The translations under genes were made by a program, and so were the position numbers. The notes beneath the pieces were generated by a model. That model had not been told where the DNA came from. It worked only from the letters and a program-made list of their open reading frames with translations, and ran no database searches. Positions 1-9,903 of a stretch of DNA of 64,000 nt are shown piece by piece (position 1 is the stretch's first letter; every line of letters starts with the position of its first letter). Source of the stretch: Candidatus Hermodarchaeum yapensis (GTDB taxonomy: Archaea > Asgardarchaeota > Hermodarchaeia > Hermodarchaeales > Hermodarchaeaceae); NCBI GenBank assembly GCA_016840405.1, contig JAEOSK010000003.1, positions 66,917 through 130,916 on the forward strand, written 5' to 3'.

Positions 1-1
1 A

Positions 2-469
2 GAGGACCCAGGCATCCTTGAAGGCACATCTCTTCCCGATTATGATCGAGGTATTAAGATTGCGACTAGGGGAGCGCTTCGCGAACTTCTTCCAGCAACC
101 ATTGTTACAATCTTCGCCACCATCATCACGGGTATAATACTTGGATTAGAGGCACTGGCGGCGTTTCAGGCAGGTGCAGTTATTGTTGGGCTAATTTTAG
201 CTCTTTTCATGGATAATGCGGGTGGCGCCTGGGATAACACGAAAAAATTCATCGAATCACCGGAATACGATCATACCCAACAAGATTACCATCGTATCCA
301 TTCGGCTTCCATAACGGGTGACACGATTGGTGACCCTTTCAAAGATACTGCTGGTCCGTCAATCAATACCTTGTTGACAGTCATTTCGTTAACAGCGACG
401 CTTTTTCTTCCATTGATTTTTGCAGGGAATCTTTGGCTTCAGACTCTGCTTTTCCTCTTCATACCATAA
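2..469 (+). CDS. hppA: Membrane-bound H+/Na+-translocating pyrophosphatase, 3' part (5' end outside window)
   Basis: Frame is open from base 2; C-terminal motifs DNAGGAWDNTKK and GDTIGDPFKDTAGPS. Confidence 0.95.
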   Translation, partial: EDPGILEGTSLPDYDRGIKIATRGALRELLPATIVTIFATIITGIILGLEALAAFQAGAVIVGLILALFMDNAGGAWDNTKKFIESPEYDHTQQDYHRIHSASITGDTIGDPFKDTAGPSINTLLTVISLTATLFLPLIFAGNLWLQTLLFLFIP

Positions 470-491
470 GCAGAAGCTAGATGAGATAGTA

Positions 492-528
492 ATTCCGAAC
501 CAGAGAGTTCGGAATCTTTTCTTTTTTT
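492..528 (+). terminator. Hairpin plus U-tract terminator after hppA
   Basis: ATTCCGAAC-cagaga-GTTCGGAAT (9-bp stem) followed by CTTTTCTTTTTTT. Confidence 0.65.
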
Positions 529-627
529 ATGAGTGCATGCTTAAATCAGAACTGACCAGATTCCATCAATTGAAATGCATCTAATTTTTATTTAATATCC
601 TCTATCACCAACGATGAGGAACTTGTT

Positions 628-1494
628 ATGACAGAGCCTGAATCGATCCAGAAACATCTCGTCCCTCCTATTCTCCTCGCAATCGTATTTTTCATCATCG
701 CTATGATATTTCGAATAATTGACATCTTCATTCTCCAGCTTCACATGACGCCGTTTAGCATCATCTCTTCTAAGGTCATTCCTCTCATCATCCTCCTTGT
801 CTATGTATGGATTGCTTATCGAAAATTCAACTTGCTTGGGATTCACTATCATTATCTACTCTCGAACTTAGTGCTCGGATTCTTTGTTTACTTGGCATAC
901 TATTTACTGCCTTTTTTGGCGGAGTTCTATATTGAACTGGGGCTTGGTTTAGAACCCATGCTACAACTTGCCTTCTACCCGACGGGTTACATTATTTACT
1001 TCATTTTCTTCTATATCATTAATTCATTCATGGAAGAAGGTGTCTTCCGAGGACTGATGATGCGTTGCTTCATGACCAAATACAACGTAAATATTGCAAA
1101 TGTCATTCAGGCAATCTTCTTTGGCTTCTGGCACATCGTTTGGCCAATTAATTACCTCATCAATGGATGGATGGATCCAATAACTGCTGGATGGTTTGCC
1201 GTCTATTACGTAGTGTCTTCTTTTGGATTTGGAATTGTGACAGGTTATATGTTCCAGAAAACGAGTAGTCTCACCGGTCCTATTGTCCTTCATACTCTCT
1301 GGAATTTCACAATTTTCATGAGTGTCATTACTTACGGTGCCCCGCTTGGATGGGCGGTAAACATTTTCCTCTATGGCACGATGTTAGCTGTAGAATATAT
1401 CGGTCTTGTTATCGTTATCCTAATTATCAAAGAATTCAGTCGTCAGCGAAAACTGCCGGAACTTACACCCTGGAATGCCACTTTACCTAAATGA
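628..1494 (+). CDS. CPBP/CAAX (Abi) family intramembrane glutamic protease
   Basis: Multi-TM protein with EEGVFRG, FGFWH and HTLWN motifs. Confidence 0.9.
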   Translation: MTEPESIQKHLVPPILLAIVFFIIAMIFRIIDIFILQLHMTPFSIISSKVIPLIILLVYVWIAYRKFNLLGIHYHYLLSNLVLGFFVYLAYYLLPFLAEFYIELGLGLEPMLQLAFYPTGYIIYFIFFYIINSFMEEGVFRGLMMRCFMTKYNVNIANVIQAIFFGFWHIVWPINYLINGWMDPITAGWFAVYYVVSSFGFGIVTGYMFQKTSSLTGPIVLHTLWNFTIFMSVITYGAPLGWAVNIFLYGTMLAVEYIGLVIVILIIKEFSRQRKLPELTPWNATLPK

Positions 1495-1609
1495 AACGAA
1501 CTACACTAATTACCTCGAAACGATAACTGGTCAGGGCGAACCGCTTAAATTAGTGAACCACATTGATACACCTACACTTTGAGTGCAAAGGCTATACGAG
1601 GTCCCTTTC

Positions 1610-3007
1610 ATGACTACTAAAGACACCGACGCTATCCTCGCAACACCCCGAAGCCGCGTTACGAAACATGTGATATGCCCCTTCTGCGGTTGTTTATGCG
1701 ACGACATTGAAGTTGCAGTAACTTTGACTGGTCCACTTCCACGTGTCCCCGAAGGTACAATTGTGGAAGCCTTGAATGCATGCCGGATTGGTCATACGAA
1801 GTTCTTGAAAGTCCGGGATGAATACCGCATCTATAAACCCGAACTTCGTTCAGGTCCAGATAAGTCAGAGGTTAAGCAAGTCTCCCTTGAGGAAGCTGTG
1901 AAAGCTGCTGCGAAAATCTTGGTAGAAGCCAAGCGACCAGTGATTTATGGGCTAGCGAGTACGTCGAATGAGGCGAACGTGAAAGCCTTGGAACTCGCCG
2001 AAGTGTCAGGTGCGATTGTAGATAACACTTCGTCCGTATGTCATGGTCCAGGCATCGAAGCGGTTCAACGTGTAGGGATTGGTACCTGTACTTTGGGTAA
2101 GATCAAGAATTACTCAGATTTGATTATTTATTGGGGTTGTAATCCCATCGCGGCTCATCCACGTCATACACGCCGCTATTCACAGTTTATTGAGGGTCTG
2201 TTTCGGCAGGTGGAGGATCGGAAAATTTACCATGTTGATGTTCGTCCCACCCGATTTTCAGACCAGGTGACGAATTTCATCCAAGTTGAACCAAACAAGG
2301 ATTATGAGCTGATGCAAGCGGTCCGGGCTCTCCTGCGTGGTCATGAGTTACAGGTATCAGAAGTTGCTGGAGTGCCGATGCGTCAGATTCGTGAGTTTGC
2401 CTCTGACTTGAAGAATGCACAATTTACTACAATTTTCTTTGGACTGGGATTAACACAGAGCCATGGAAAAGATCACAATATTACAGTTGCCATTGATTTG
2501 ACAGCAGACTTGAATCATCACACAAAGGCAGTGATTATGCCATTAAGAGGACACTTCAACGTGACTGGTTCGAACCACGTTTCAACTTGGACATATGGAT
2601 ATCCGTTTTCGGTAAGCCTTGAGCAGGGTTCTCCCTACTACATGCCGGGCGAAACTAGTGCCGTTGATGTTTTAGTCCGAGGAGAAGCAGACGCCTTCTT
2701 TGCCATTGCAGCTGATCCTGCAGCTTCATTCCCCGCCCCAGCTGTAAAGAACATGCTCAACATTCCTGTAATCATCTTAGATCCCAAACGATGCGCAACC
2801 ACTGAAATCGCTGATGTCGTGTTGCCATCGTCATATGTCGGCATTGAAGCAGATGGGGTTCAGACTGCATACCGGATGGATGGCATTCCATTACAGCTCA
2901 GTAAAATTGTAGATGCTCCTGCCGGTGTGAAAAGCGATGATCAAATCCTCGACATGTTGGTCCGTGAAGTCTGCCGTCTGAAAGGAATCAAACGATATCC
3001 CCACTAG
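1610..3007 (+). CDS. fwdB: Formylmethanofuran dehydrogenase subunit B (Mo/W-bisPGD)
   Basis: CPFCGCLCDD Fe-S motif, SSVCHGP (Cys, not Sec), RGHFNVTG, TAYRMDG; ATG 1610 preceded by GAGGT. Confidence 0.93.
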   Translation: MTTKDTDAILATPRSRVTKHVICPFCGCLCDDIEVAVTLTGPLPRVPEGTIVEALNACRIGHTKFLKVRDEYRIYKPELRSGPDKSEVKQVSLEEAVKAAAKILVEAKRPVIYGLASTSNEANVKALELAEVSGAIVDNTSSVCHGPGIEAVQRVGIGTCTLGKIKNYSDLIIYWGCNPIAAHPRHTRRYSQFIEGLFRQVEDRKIYHVDVRPTRFSDQVTNFIQVEPNKDYELMQAVRALLRGHELQVSEVAGVPMRQIREFASDLKNAQFTTIFFGLGLTQSHGKDHNITVAIDLTADLNHHTKAVIMPLRGHFNVTGSNHVSTWTYGYPFSVSLEQGSPYYMPGETSAVDVLVRGEADAFFAIAADPAASFPAPAVKNMLNIPVIILDPKRCATTEIADVVLPSSYVGIEADGVQTAYRMDGIPLQLSKIVDAPAGVKSDDQILDMLVREVCRLKGIKRYPH

Positions 3008-3038
3008 TCAAGGGCCTTCTAAACTCCAGGACCCAAAA

Positions 3039-3722
3039 TTACCCTCCAAGCTGAAAGTGTAATTTTGTGGCAATTTTTTGGAGAGTCCACCCCTCAAAAT
3101 TAGGAATTATGAGATCAGCTTCGGAGAGGTCTTCAGATGGATTTGTTGTGGTCAAGGCAACGCATGTCATACCTGCAGTCTTTGCTGCAGACACACCAAT
3201 TGGTGAGTCCTCAAAAACAAGACAATGAGCAGGAGGAACACCTACAGTTTGTGACCCCATTAAATAAGCCTCAGGATCTGGCTTAAGACGCGTCACTTGG
3301 GTACCATCAATTACAGGATGTTTGCCTCTTAGTCTCAGGCTTTCCAAGGCAGCGGAAAGGTTCTCAGGGTGTCCAGTACTCACAAATGCTGTTGGTAGAT
3401 TTGCGTTTTGAACAGATTGATAAAATGAGAGAAATCCGTGTACTGGTTGTAGGTTACCCTGCGCTACACGCGTTTGGTAGAGTTTTCGTCGTCGACTCAC
3501 CCACGGTGTTGGATCATCAGTGATTCCATTTTCTTTGAATAGAGTATTCATGATTGCAGCTGATCCTGCACCGAGAAATCGTTGCTTCCATTCTTCTTCA
3601 GTGACGTGGATGTTGAAAGATTTCAAGAGCTCGTTAAAGGTTTGTAGATGAAGCAGTTCGCTCTCCACAACAACGCCATCCACATCAAATAATACAGCCT
3701 TGATTATTCGCGACTTGAGCAT
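3039..3722 (-). CDS. HAD family phosphatase (beta-phosphoglucomutase/CbbY-like)
   Basis: FDVDGV, KPDPEAY and FEDS motifs. Confidence 0.9.
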   Translation of the reverse strand: MLKSRIIKAVLFDVDGVVVESELLHLQTFNELLKSFNIHVTEEEWKQRFLGAGSAAIMNTLFKENGITDDPTPWVSRRRKLYQTRVAQGNLQPVHGFLSFYQSVQNANLPTAFVSTGHPENLSAALESLRLRGKHPVIDGTQVTRLKPDPEAYLMGSQTVGVPPAHCLVFEDSPIGVSAAKTAGMTCVALTTTNPSEDLSEADLIIPNFEGWTLQKIATKLHFQLGG

Positions 3723-3734
3723 CCTACTTCACAT

Positions 3735-4496
3735 TCATCTTTTCGTCCCAAAAAGAAATCTTTCTAAATCCTGTAATGTTCCTGAACCATCAATCGGGTA
3801 TTGGGGATAGACCACTTTTTTCTTGGTTCTTTCCTCGATTTCTTTAGAGAGAATACCAAGACGTCCCTTCTCTTGATCCAAATCAACGAGAAAGGTCTTG
3901 ATACCCAAGACTGAGGCAGCCATATCGCTAATCGGATCATTCCCTGCCATGAGACAATCTTCAGGTTTCTGATTAATGTGATCCAGAATAGAGCGATAAT
4001 ACTCAGGACGCGGTTTGCAATATGACATATTTTCAGCATGAGTGCTCATGGTGATATCCAAATCACCCAAATTTGCCCATTCAAGCCGAATCTGGGTTGC
4101 CAGCTCAGGAAATATGGGATTCGTGGCAATTACCACTTGAAGGCCTTTCTGCAGAACACGTTTGATTAATTTCCGCCCATAGGGTACAACGTGCACTTGA
4201 TTTCCAAGCTGGCGAAAGGATTCTGCATAAAACTTGCGTAACCGATTATGACACTCTTCATAACTGAGCTCTGAACCTGAGATAAAATGGTTAGTAAACA
4301 ATTCTACATTCGTCATGCTACCATCATTACGAATCATGTTTACAGTCGATTGGAGAAGCTTTTGGAAAAACGTTGATTGATCGAAATAATCAGCCATATA
4401 CGGGTATGCCTTTTCAGCGTAATTGACGAGGAATTCGTCTTCATTGAAGAGGACCAATGTATTGTCAAAGTCGATTAGAAGTGCTTTGATTATCAA
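3735..4496 (-). CDS. HAD family hydrolase
   Basis: DFDNTL, ATNP, CKPRPEYY and GNDPISD motifs. Confidence 0.88.
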   Translation of the reverse strand: MIIKALLIDFDNTLVLFNEDEFLVNYAEKAYPYMADYFDQSTFFQKLLQSTVNMIRNDGSMTNVELFTNHFISGSELSYEECHNRLRKFYAESFRQLGNQVHVVPYGRKLIKRVLQKGLQVVIATNPIFPELATQIRLEWANLGDLDITMSTHAENMSYCKPRPEYYRSILDHINQKPEDCLMAGNDPISDMAASVLGIKTFLVDLDQEKGRLGILSKEIEERTKKKVVYPQYPIDGSGTLQDLERFLFGTKR

Positions 4497-4551
4497 AGGT
4501 AGTTACACCATGCCTACAAGAGAGTCTAGCGGCTGAATCTGTTATTTATTT

Positions 4552-4983
4552 TCAGGATTCGCCAAAACCCGCTACTTCAATGTCAAGCATCGAAGCAATA
4601 TTCTCGATGAAATAAGAAACTGCAAATGGAAGAGCGTTGTATTCTTCCTGGAAGCCTTCAAAGCTGAGAGTAGTTATTCCCTCATGACCAATTACACCCA
4701 CACTTCCTTCGTCAGTAATGTAATACTTGACCTCAGCTAATTCTCCATTAGCTCCCAAAAGCGCACTATAGAGTTTGAGCTTATCCACGTTCTTAAGAGC
4801 ATCTTTCTCCACGATGGTTACGAAAAAGCGGATCCACTTATCACCCCTATCAACTACTAAGAAGAAACGGCGGTCTTTAATTGAATAGGGGAGGATTATG
4901 CGATCTTCAGCGGGAATTACGCGGTAGGTTAAATTCATCTCTTTGAGATAACCTTCAATCTTTTCCATTGTTGATGTCATCAT
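4552..4983 (-). CDS. YbjN/T3SS-chaperone-fold-like protein (acidic paralog)
   Basis: 143 aa alpha/beta pattern with LLxANxxLxxxKY; clearly paralogous to the next ORF. Confidence 0.6.
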   Translation of the reverse strand: MMTSTMEKIEGYLKEMNLTYRVIPAEDRIILPYSIKDRRFFLVVDRGDKWIRFFVTIVEKDALKNVDKLKLYSALLGANGELAEVKYYITDEGSVGVIGHEGITTLSFEGFQEEYNALPFAVSYFIENIASMLDIEVAGFGES

Positions 4984-5040
4984 GCTTACCTCATTTGGTT
5001 CAAATCTATCATTGGGTTTCCTACATTAAACTATACTCAC

Positions 5041-5505
5041 TCACGTGTAGAATGAGAGTTCATCAGTGGATGGAAGTGTGAGAGAAATCTTGGTTTTCTT
5101 TGCAATGACCGTAGTGAAATAGACGATGCCGTAAGGGATAGCCCGAAATTCATCGCGAAAACCGTCAATGGTCAGAACCTTGATTCCTTCATGACCGACG
5201 ATTCCCACATCTCCTCGTTTTGTGATGAAGTACTTGATTTCAGCAAGATGACCATTGGCTTGTAAGAGCTCGAGATATAATTTCTCACGTTTTTTCTTAC
5301 TTCGAATCTTATTATGAAGCATTAGTAATGTCCAAAACCGTACGAAGTTCCCTGATACATCGATTACCACATCAAATTGAAGATTTTGTTCTGGGACCCT
5401 ATAGGGAACCTTAATCCTGTTGATTTCTCCTTTAATAGGTTTAATCTCATAGGACAGATGCATAGACTTCAGATAGGTAATTACAGTATCAAGGATTTCA
5501 GACAT
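5041..5505 (-). CDS. YbjN/T3SS-chaperone-fold-like protein (basic paralog)
   Basis: Shares LLxANGxLAExKYxITxxGxVGxxGHEGI with 4552..4983; ATG 5505 follows GGAG. Confidence 0.6.
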   Translation of the reverse strand: MSEILDTVITYLKSMHLSYEIKPIKGEINRIKVPYRVPEQNLQFDVVIDVSGNFVRFWTLLMLHNKIRSKKKREKLYLELLQANGHLAEIKYFITKRGDVGIVGHEGIKVLTIDGFRDEFRAIPYGIVYFTTVIAKKTKISLTLPSTDELSFYT

Positions 5506-5637
5506 ATCAGTTTCTCCATGACTTCCAGTATTCAATTGAAACCGACCAACTTAGAAAAAGCTATCTGCATCAGAAAAAATGGCTCTGAGAAAAAAAGGAA
5601 AGATGTGAGGTGCATTTGCACCTCACTGCTATCCATT

Positions 5638-6924
5638 TTATTCTGTTGTCTCGTATTCTTCGCCAGCTTCACCGCGCTTGACGAAGAACATTGCAATTAG
5701 GGCTAAGATTAGAAAAACGATTGAATAGGGCCAAAGAATAATCCATTTTGTTGTAAGTGTAAATCCGAAGAAGATTTCCAAAAGGTCTGCTAAAAGTCCG
5801 AAGACTATGGGACCGAGGGCTGCAGCAAGCTGACTGAAAATATAATAGATGCCCGTGTAGGTTCCCTGTTTTTTCCGACTGACTTCCCAGAGCATGACAA
5901 TACTGTTGACATTTATAAATGCCCAGAAGAAGCCGCCTAGTCCAAGGATAGCCATTAGTGGAAGTTGCACTGTCACAAAGCTAGCAGCGGCCAAAGTTAA
6001 GATCAGTCCCACTAGACCAATCATGATTGTGCGTCGTCGACCGAACTTTAGGGCAATTAATCCGCCTGGTACTGCGAAGAGAACGAAGATCAGAGCGAAT
6101 AGAGTCATGGTAAATGAAGCGGTTCCTGGTGTCCAACTTAAAGTGAACACACCATATGAGGTGAACCAGGTTTCCAGTGTGTAAAACGCCACGAACCATG
6201 CGAAAATTGCAAAGAGAATGGCAAGAATTGAGCGATCACTTCGAGCTTCTTTGAAAGCCTCCCGAAGGGGTGATTCTACTTTTTCAATCTCTTGAGGAAT
6301 TTCAGGTTCACGAATCAGGACTACAAGAATTGCTAGACAGATTAGCATTATCCCAGCTGTGACTCCGAACGCCAAAATCGGATTGATATCGTATAGAAAT
6401 GACCCAGCCACAAAGGCTATGATTGATCCTATTCCTGCCATGAGGTTTATGATCCCATTGGCAGGACTTCGTTTTTCAGGGGGTGTAAAGTCGGGCATCA
6501 TTGCTACAACTGGCGCTCGATAGATTGCCATAGCGATGTCAAAACCAAGGATTAGAATCACTAAGCCAGCCAGACCAAGAAATCCTGGTACAGCAGCCAC
6601 GATTGGGAGTCCGATAAGGAATCCGGCAGCAAGAGGGATGCCTATGATAATATATGGCATTCGTCGACCAAAGCGGGTCCACGTTTTATCCGATTTTGAG
6701 CCCATGAGAGGATTCATGAATAGGGCAATGAAGTTATCGAGCCCCATGATGAATCCAGCAAGTGAAACGACGAAGAGAAATCCCGGAATCGTACTGAGAA
6801 TTGACGCCTGAAGGAAGAGTGGTATATAGGAATTGAAGAGAGACCAAGAAATTCCAGTTGTGAAGAACCCGAGACCGATGAGAAGAATTGTTACCCAACT
6901 GAACTTGTACTTTTCCTCACTCAT
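5638..6924 (-). CDS. MFS sugar transporter (GPH/SLC45, maltose-permease-like)
   Basis: 12 TM segments, GSKSDKTWTRFGRRMPYI motif, second GRRRT loop. Confidence 0.88.
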   Translation of the reverse strand: MSEEKYKFSWVTILLIGLGFFTTGISWSLFNSYIPLFLQASILSTIPGFLFVVSLAGFIMGLDNFIALFMNPLMGSKSDKTWTRFGRRMPYIIIGIPLAAGFLIGLPIVAAVPGFLGLAGLVILILGFDIAMAIYRAPVVAMMPDFTPPEKRSPANGIINLMAGIGSIIAFVAGSFLYDINPILAFGVTAGIMLICLAILVVLIREPEIPQEIEKVESPLREAFKEARSDRSILAILFAIFAWFVAFYTLETWFTSYGVFTLSWTPGTASFTMTLFALIFVLFAVPGGLIALKFGRRRTIMIGLVGLILTLAAASFVTVQLPLMAILGLGGFFWAFINVNSIVMLWEVSRKKQGTYTGIYYIFSQLAAALGPIVFGLLADLLEIFFGFTLTTKWIILWPYSIVFLILALIAMFFVKRGEAGEEYETTE

Positions 6925-7200
6925 TTATTAATACACCTAACAATATACTGTGAAGACAGAGAATTAGTGTGCCCTTACCATCTGCTATCCACTTAAGTTT
7001 AAAGGTCATTAGAAAAGAGAACCAATCGTTTTTAGGGTCGTCGTTAGACTACCTATTAGCTTCGGTGTCCAAATACTGCTTCTGAACTAATCAGCTAAAG
7101 ACTGATGTTGGGATGTTTTTTAATACACTCGATTAGAAAGATGGAGCTAGGCGTAAGAGGCTAGGATCTGAAATACGTGATTTAGGTTCAATGATAGCAA

Positions 7201-7386
7201 TTACTTCGTGAGGGGTATGGACCGCCCACAATTGCGACACCGAGCTTCCTTTTCTTTTGAAAGGAGCCAGTTGTAGTGCTTGCGTTTAAGGAGGTTGAGC
7301 TGTCCGCAGGCGGGACATGTGATGGGTTTTGAGGTTGAGCGCTGCACGGAAGACACCGCGCCGGACTCCAACAACGTTATCGGCAT
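7201..7386 (-). CDS. Small C4 zinc-ribbon protein
   Basis: CPACG...CRNCG; own TATA box (TTTAAATA, minus strand, 7431-7438). Confidence 0.6.
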   Translation of the reverse strand: MPITLLESGAVSSVQRSTSKPITCPACGQLNLLKRKHYNWLLSKEKEARCRNCGRSIPLTK

Positions 7387-7442
7387 CACTTCCCTATTTG
7401 TTTCTCTCAAGCTAATCGGTCCAAAAAAGGTATTTAAACCCT

Positions 7443-7480
7443 TGGATTTAGGTATGGGGCGACTATATCCCCTAAATCCA
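7443..7480. promoter_or_regulatory. 10-bp inverted repeat next to the TATA box of the Zn-ribbon gene (candidate operator)
   Basis: TGGATTTAGG-N18-CCTAAATCCA. Confidence 0.45.
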
Positions 7481-7701
7481 GCAAAACAGGCATAATATGT
7501 TTATTTAACGAATTTTAGCGATTTAAGCCGAATTAAGGACGCGTTGGAGATTTAAGGAATTCTAAAAGCCCCATTTATAAAGCCAGTAATACCCGAAAGG
7601 GATTCTTACCTACTCAATCACTCCGAAAAACCGTCGAGCTCTTATAGGTTGTACACATGGAAACGGCTAGTAATTAACGAATTTTTTCAGGAGTTACGCG
7701 A

Positions 7702-8112
7702 ATGCCTCCCAACGATGAAGAGCTAATAACGCGAGCACGCAACGCCCAAAAAAATGCTTACGCCCCATTCTCCCAATTCAAAGTTGGAGCTGCTCTGCTC
7801 ACAGATAACGGGAAGATCTATTCTGGATGTAACGTGGAGAACTCAACCTATGGTGCGACCAATTGTGCTGAACGGACTGCAATATTTACGGCTGTTTGTG
7901 ATGGAGCACGCAACTTTCAGAAGATCGTTGTTGTGACCGACCGTGAGGATCCCGTGATGCCATGTGGTATCTGCCGGAACGTATTGTTTGAATTTTCTCC
8001 CAAAATGGAAATCATTGCTGTTGGCGCATCAGGGAATACTGAACGGATTCAGCTGTCGGCACTCTTTCCGAAGGGTTTTCGTTTAGAGAAGAAGCAGGAA
8101 AAAGAAGTTTAG
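7702..8112 (+). CDS. cdd: Cytidine deaminase (homotetrameric type)
   Basis: AYAPFSQFKVGA, NCAERTA and PCGICR motifs. Confidence 0.95.
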   Translation: MPPNDEELITRARNAQKNAYAPFSQFKVGAALLTDNGKIYSGCNVENSTYGATNCAERTAIFTAVCDGARNFQKIVVVTDREDPVMPCGICRNVLFEFSPKMEIIAVGASGNTERIQLSALFPKGFRLEKKQEKEV

Positions 8113-8149
8113 AAAGTTGTACTCCGTTCATTGTGTTGAAATGTAGAGA

Positions 8150-8509
8150 TTAGGCATTTCGAGTCATGATGACGCGAATATACTTGAAGACGAGAACAAG
8201 AAGCTCATAATCAAGAAGTGGGCCAAAGGCGATGCGTTGATTGTCGTTGGCTTCAGCGTAGAGGAAGACGTTGACGTTCTTTTTTACAATGACACTTGCT
8301 TGGTTGGATTCAGCATAGACATCCATCCCTTGGAAAAACTGCTTCACGAATTCGATGTCGAGAGGGCGACTGATTTGGATGTTAGCGTAGCCGGATTCAG
8401 TGCAGTGGATTTTCATTTTACCAAGAAAAAGGGCATCATCGGTGACGGAGGGTTCGGCCTCTTGGAGGAGTGACAGGAGAGTCTGTTTGACTAAATCTTT
8501 CCTCGCCAT
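8150..8509 (-). CDS. Hypothetical protein
   Basis: 119-aa ORF filling the gap, globular composition, family not recognised. Confidence 0.55.
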   Translation of the reverse strand: MARKDLVKQTLLSLLQEAEPSVTDDALFLGKMKIHCTESGYANIQISRPLDIEFVKQFFQGMDVYAESNQASVIVKKNVNVFLYAEANDNQRIAFGPLLDYELLVLVFKYIRVIMTRNA

Positions 8510-8687
8510 GTTCCGATCCCGCCTTCTTGTTTTAGGTTGTCCACACCTCGTGGTGTCATTCTATGCCTGTACGTGCGTCCAATTAAGTTTTCTTATGATG
8601 CATCAGTCGGGTTTTAATATAATAGAATTATGCAGGAGGGAAGCTAGTACATTCTGTATTTAAGTCTTGAATTTTGGGTGACAAATC

Positions 8688-9029
8688 GTGATTACTGGTC
8701 GATATGATGAGCGTCCGGAAGAACCAGTGACAATGTATGGATCGACGGGTACAACCATTCGGTGGCTCATCAACAAAGAGAATGGTGCTCAAACCTTTGC
8801 GATGCGTCGGTTTGTGATTCAACCAGGTGGAGAAATTCCATTACATGGACATGAAGCGGATCATGAGATTTACATTCTCTCAGGTGAAGGTATCGCTTTT
8901 ACAGAAAACCAAGAAGTTGTTGTCAAAGAAGATATGTTTGTGTATATTCCGTCGAATGAACCGCATGGTTATCGCAACTCGAGTGATTTACCATTCGTGT
9001 TTCTGTGTGTCATTCCGATTCTTGATTAA
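8688..9029 (+). CDS. Cupin domain protein
   Basis: PLHGHEADHEIYILSG and PSNEPHG metal motifs. Confidence 0.9.
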   Translation: MITGRYDERPEEPVTMYGSTGTTIRWLINKENGAQTFAMRRFVIQPGGEIPLHGHEADHEIYILSGEGIAFTENQEVVVKEDMFVYIPSNEPHGYRNSSDLPFVFLCVIPILD

Positions 9030-9031
9030 GG

Positions 9032-9892
9032 CTAGGCTAGTTTTCGACGAAGGCGTACTCCGGTGGGAGTATTAGCGAGCCCTCCAAGGCTGGTTTCACG
9101 AAGACTCTCAGGAAGGGCCTCTCCCACTTCACGCATTGCACCAATAACTTCGTCAACGGGAATTCGGCTCTTTATGCCAGTAAGTGCTAGGTCAGCCCCG
9201 AGGAGAGCCTGCATTAGAGCACCGCCGTTCCGTAAAACACACGGGACCTCCACTAATCCGGCGACAGGATCGCAGACTAATCCTAACATGTTACTCAGTG
9301 TTAGCGCTACTGCATGACCTACCATGGTGGGACTTCCTCCTGCTAATTCAGTGAGAGCCCCTGCAGCCATAGCAGCAGCTACTCCACATTCGGCTTGACA
9401 TCCCCCTTCGGCACCAGAAATGGATGCGTTGAGTGAACACACGATTCCGATTCCTGCAGCAGTAAAGAGAGCTTTAATGATAGCAGCTTCGTCGAGTTCA
9501 AGTTTCTCTTTTGCTAACAGTAACGCAGCAGGTACGATGCCACAGCTTCCTGCGGTGGGGCAAGCGACGATACGCCCCATAGAGGCATTCACTTCAGCTA
9601 CTCCCAAAGCCCTAGCCACAGCGTTACTTACTTCAGAACTCAGAAATTTTGGTTCACGAGAAAAGAGAAGTTTGGCATCGCCACCGCTCAATCCACTAAC
9701 TGAGCGAATATCCTCTGTAATGCCCCGTTCGAGGGCTAGTTTCATGACCTCCCAAGAAATGACCATTTGCCCACGAATTGTGCTTGGAGATTCGTCTTCC
9801 TGCTCAGCTTCGACAGCTAACACAATATCGCCAATGCACTTTTTCTGACGTCCTGCAAGCCTAATGAGCTGTTTCATTGAATCATAATACAC
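9032..9892 (-). CDS. sdaAA: L-serine dehydratase, Fe-S dependent, alpha subunit
   Basis: PTAGSCG, SISGAEGGCQAE and GLVCDPVAGLVEVPC motifs. Confidence 0.95.
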   Translation of the reverse strand: MYYDSMKQLIRLAGRQKKCIGDIVLAVEAEQEDESPSTIRGQMVISWEVMKLALERGITEDIRSVSGLSGGDAKLLFSREPKFLSSEVSNAVARALGVAEVNASMGRIVACPTAGSCGIVPAALLLAKEKLELDEAAIIKALFTAAGIGIVCSLNASISGAEGGCQAECGVAAAMAAGALTELAGGSPTMVGHAVALTLSNMLGLVCDPVAGLVEVPCVLRNGGALMQALLGADLALTGIKSRIPVDEVIGAMREVGEALPESLRETSLGGLANTPTGVRLRRKLA

Positions 9893-9903
9893 AGCAAATC
9901 ACC

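Noticed and set aside
7100-7172. Possible C/D-box sRNA (TGATG...CTGA)
   Set aside because: The C box is imperfect and there are no convincing internal C'/D' boxes or terminal stem.
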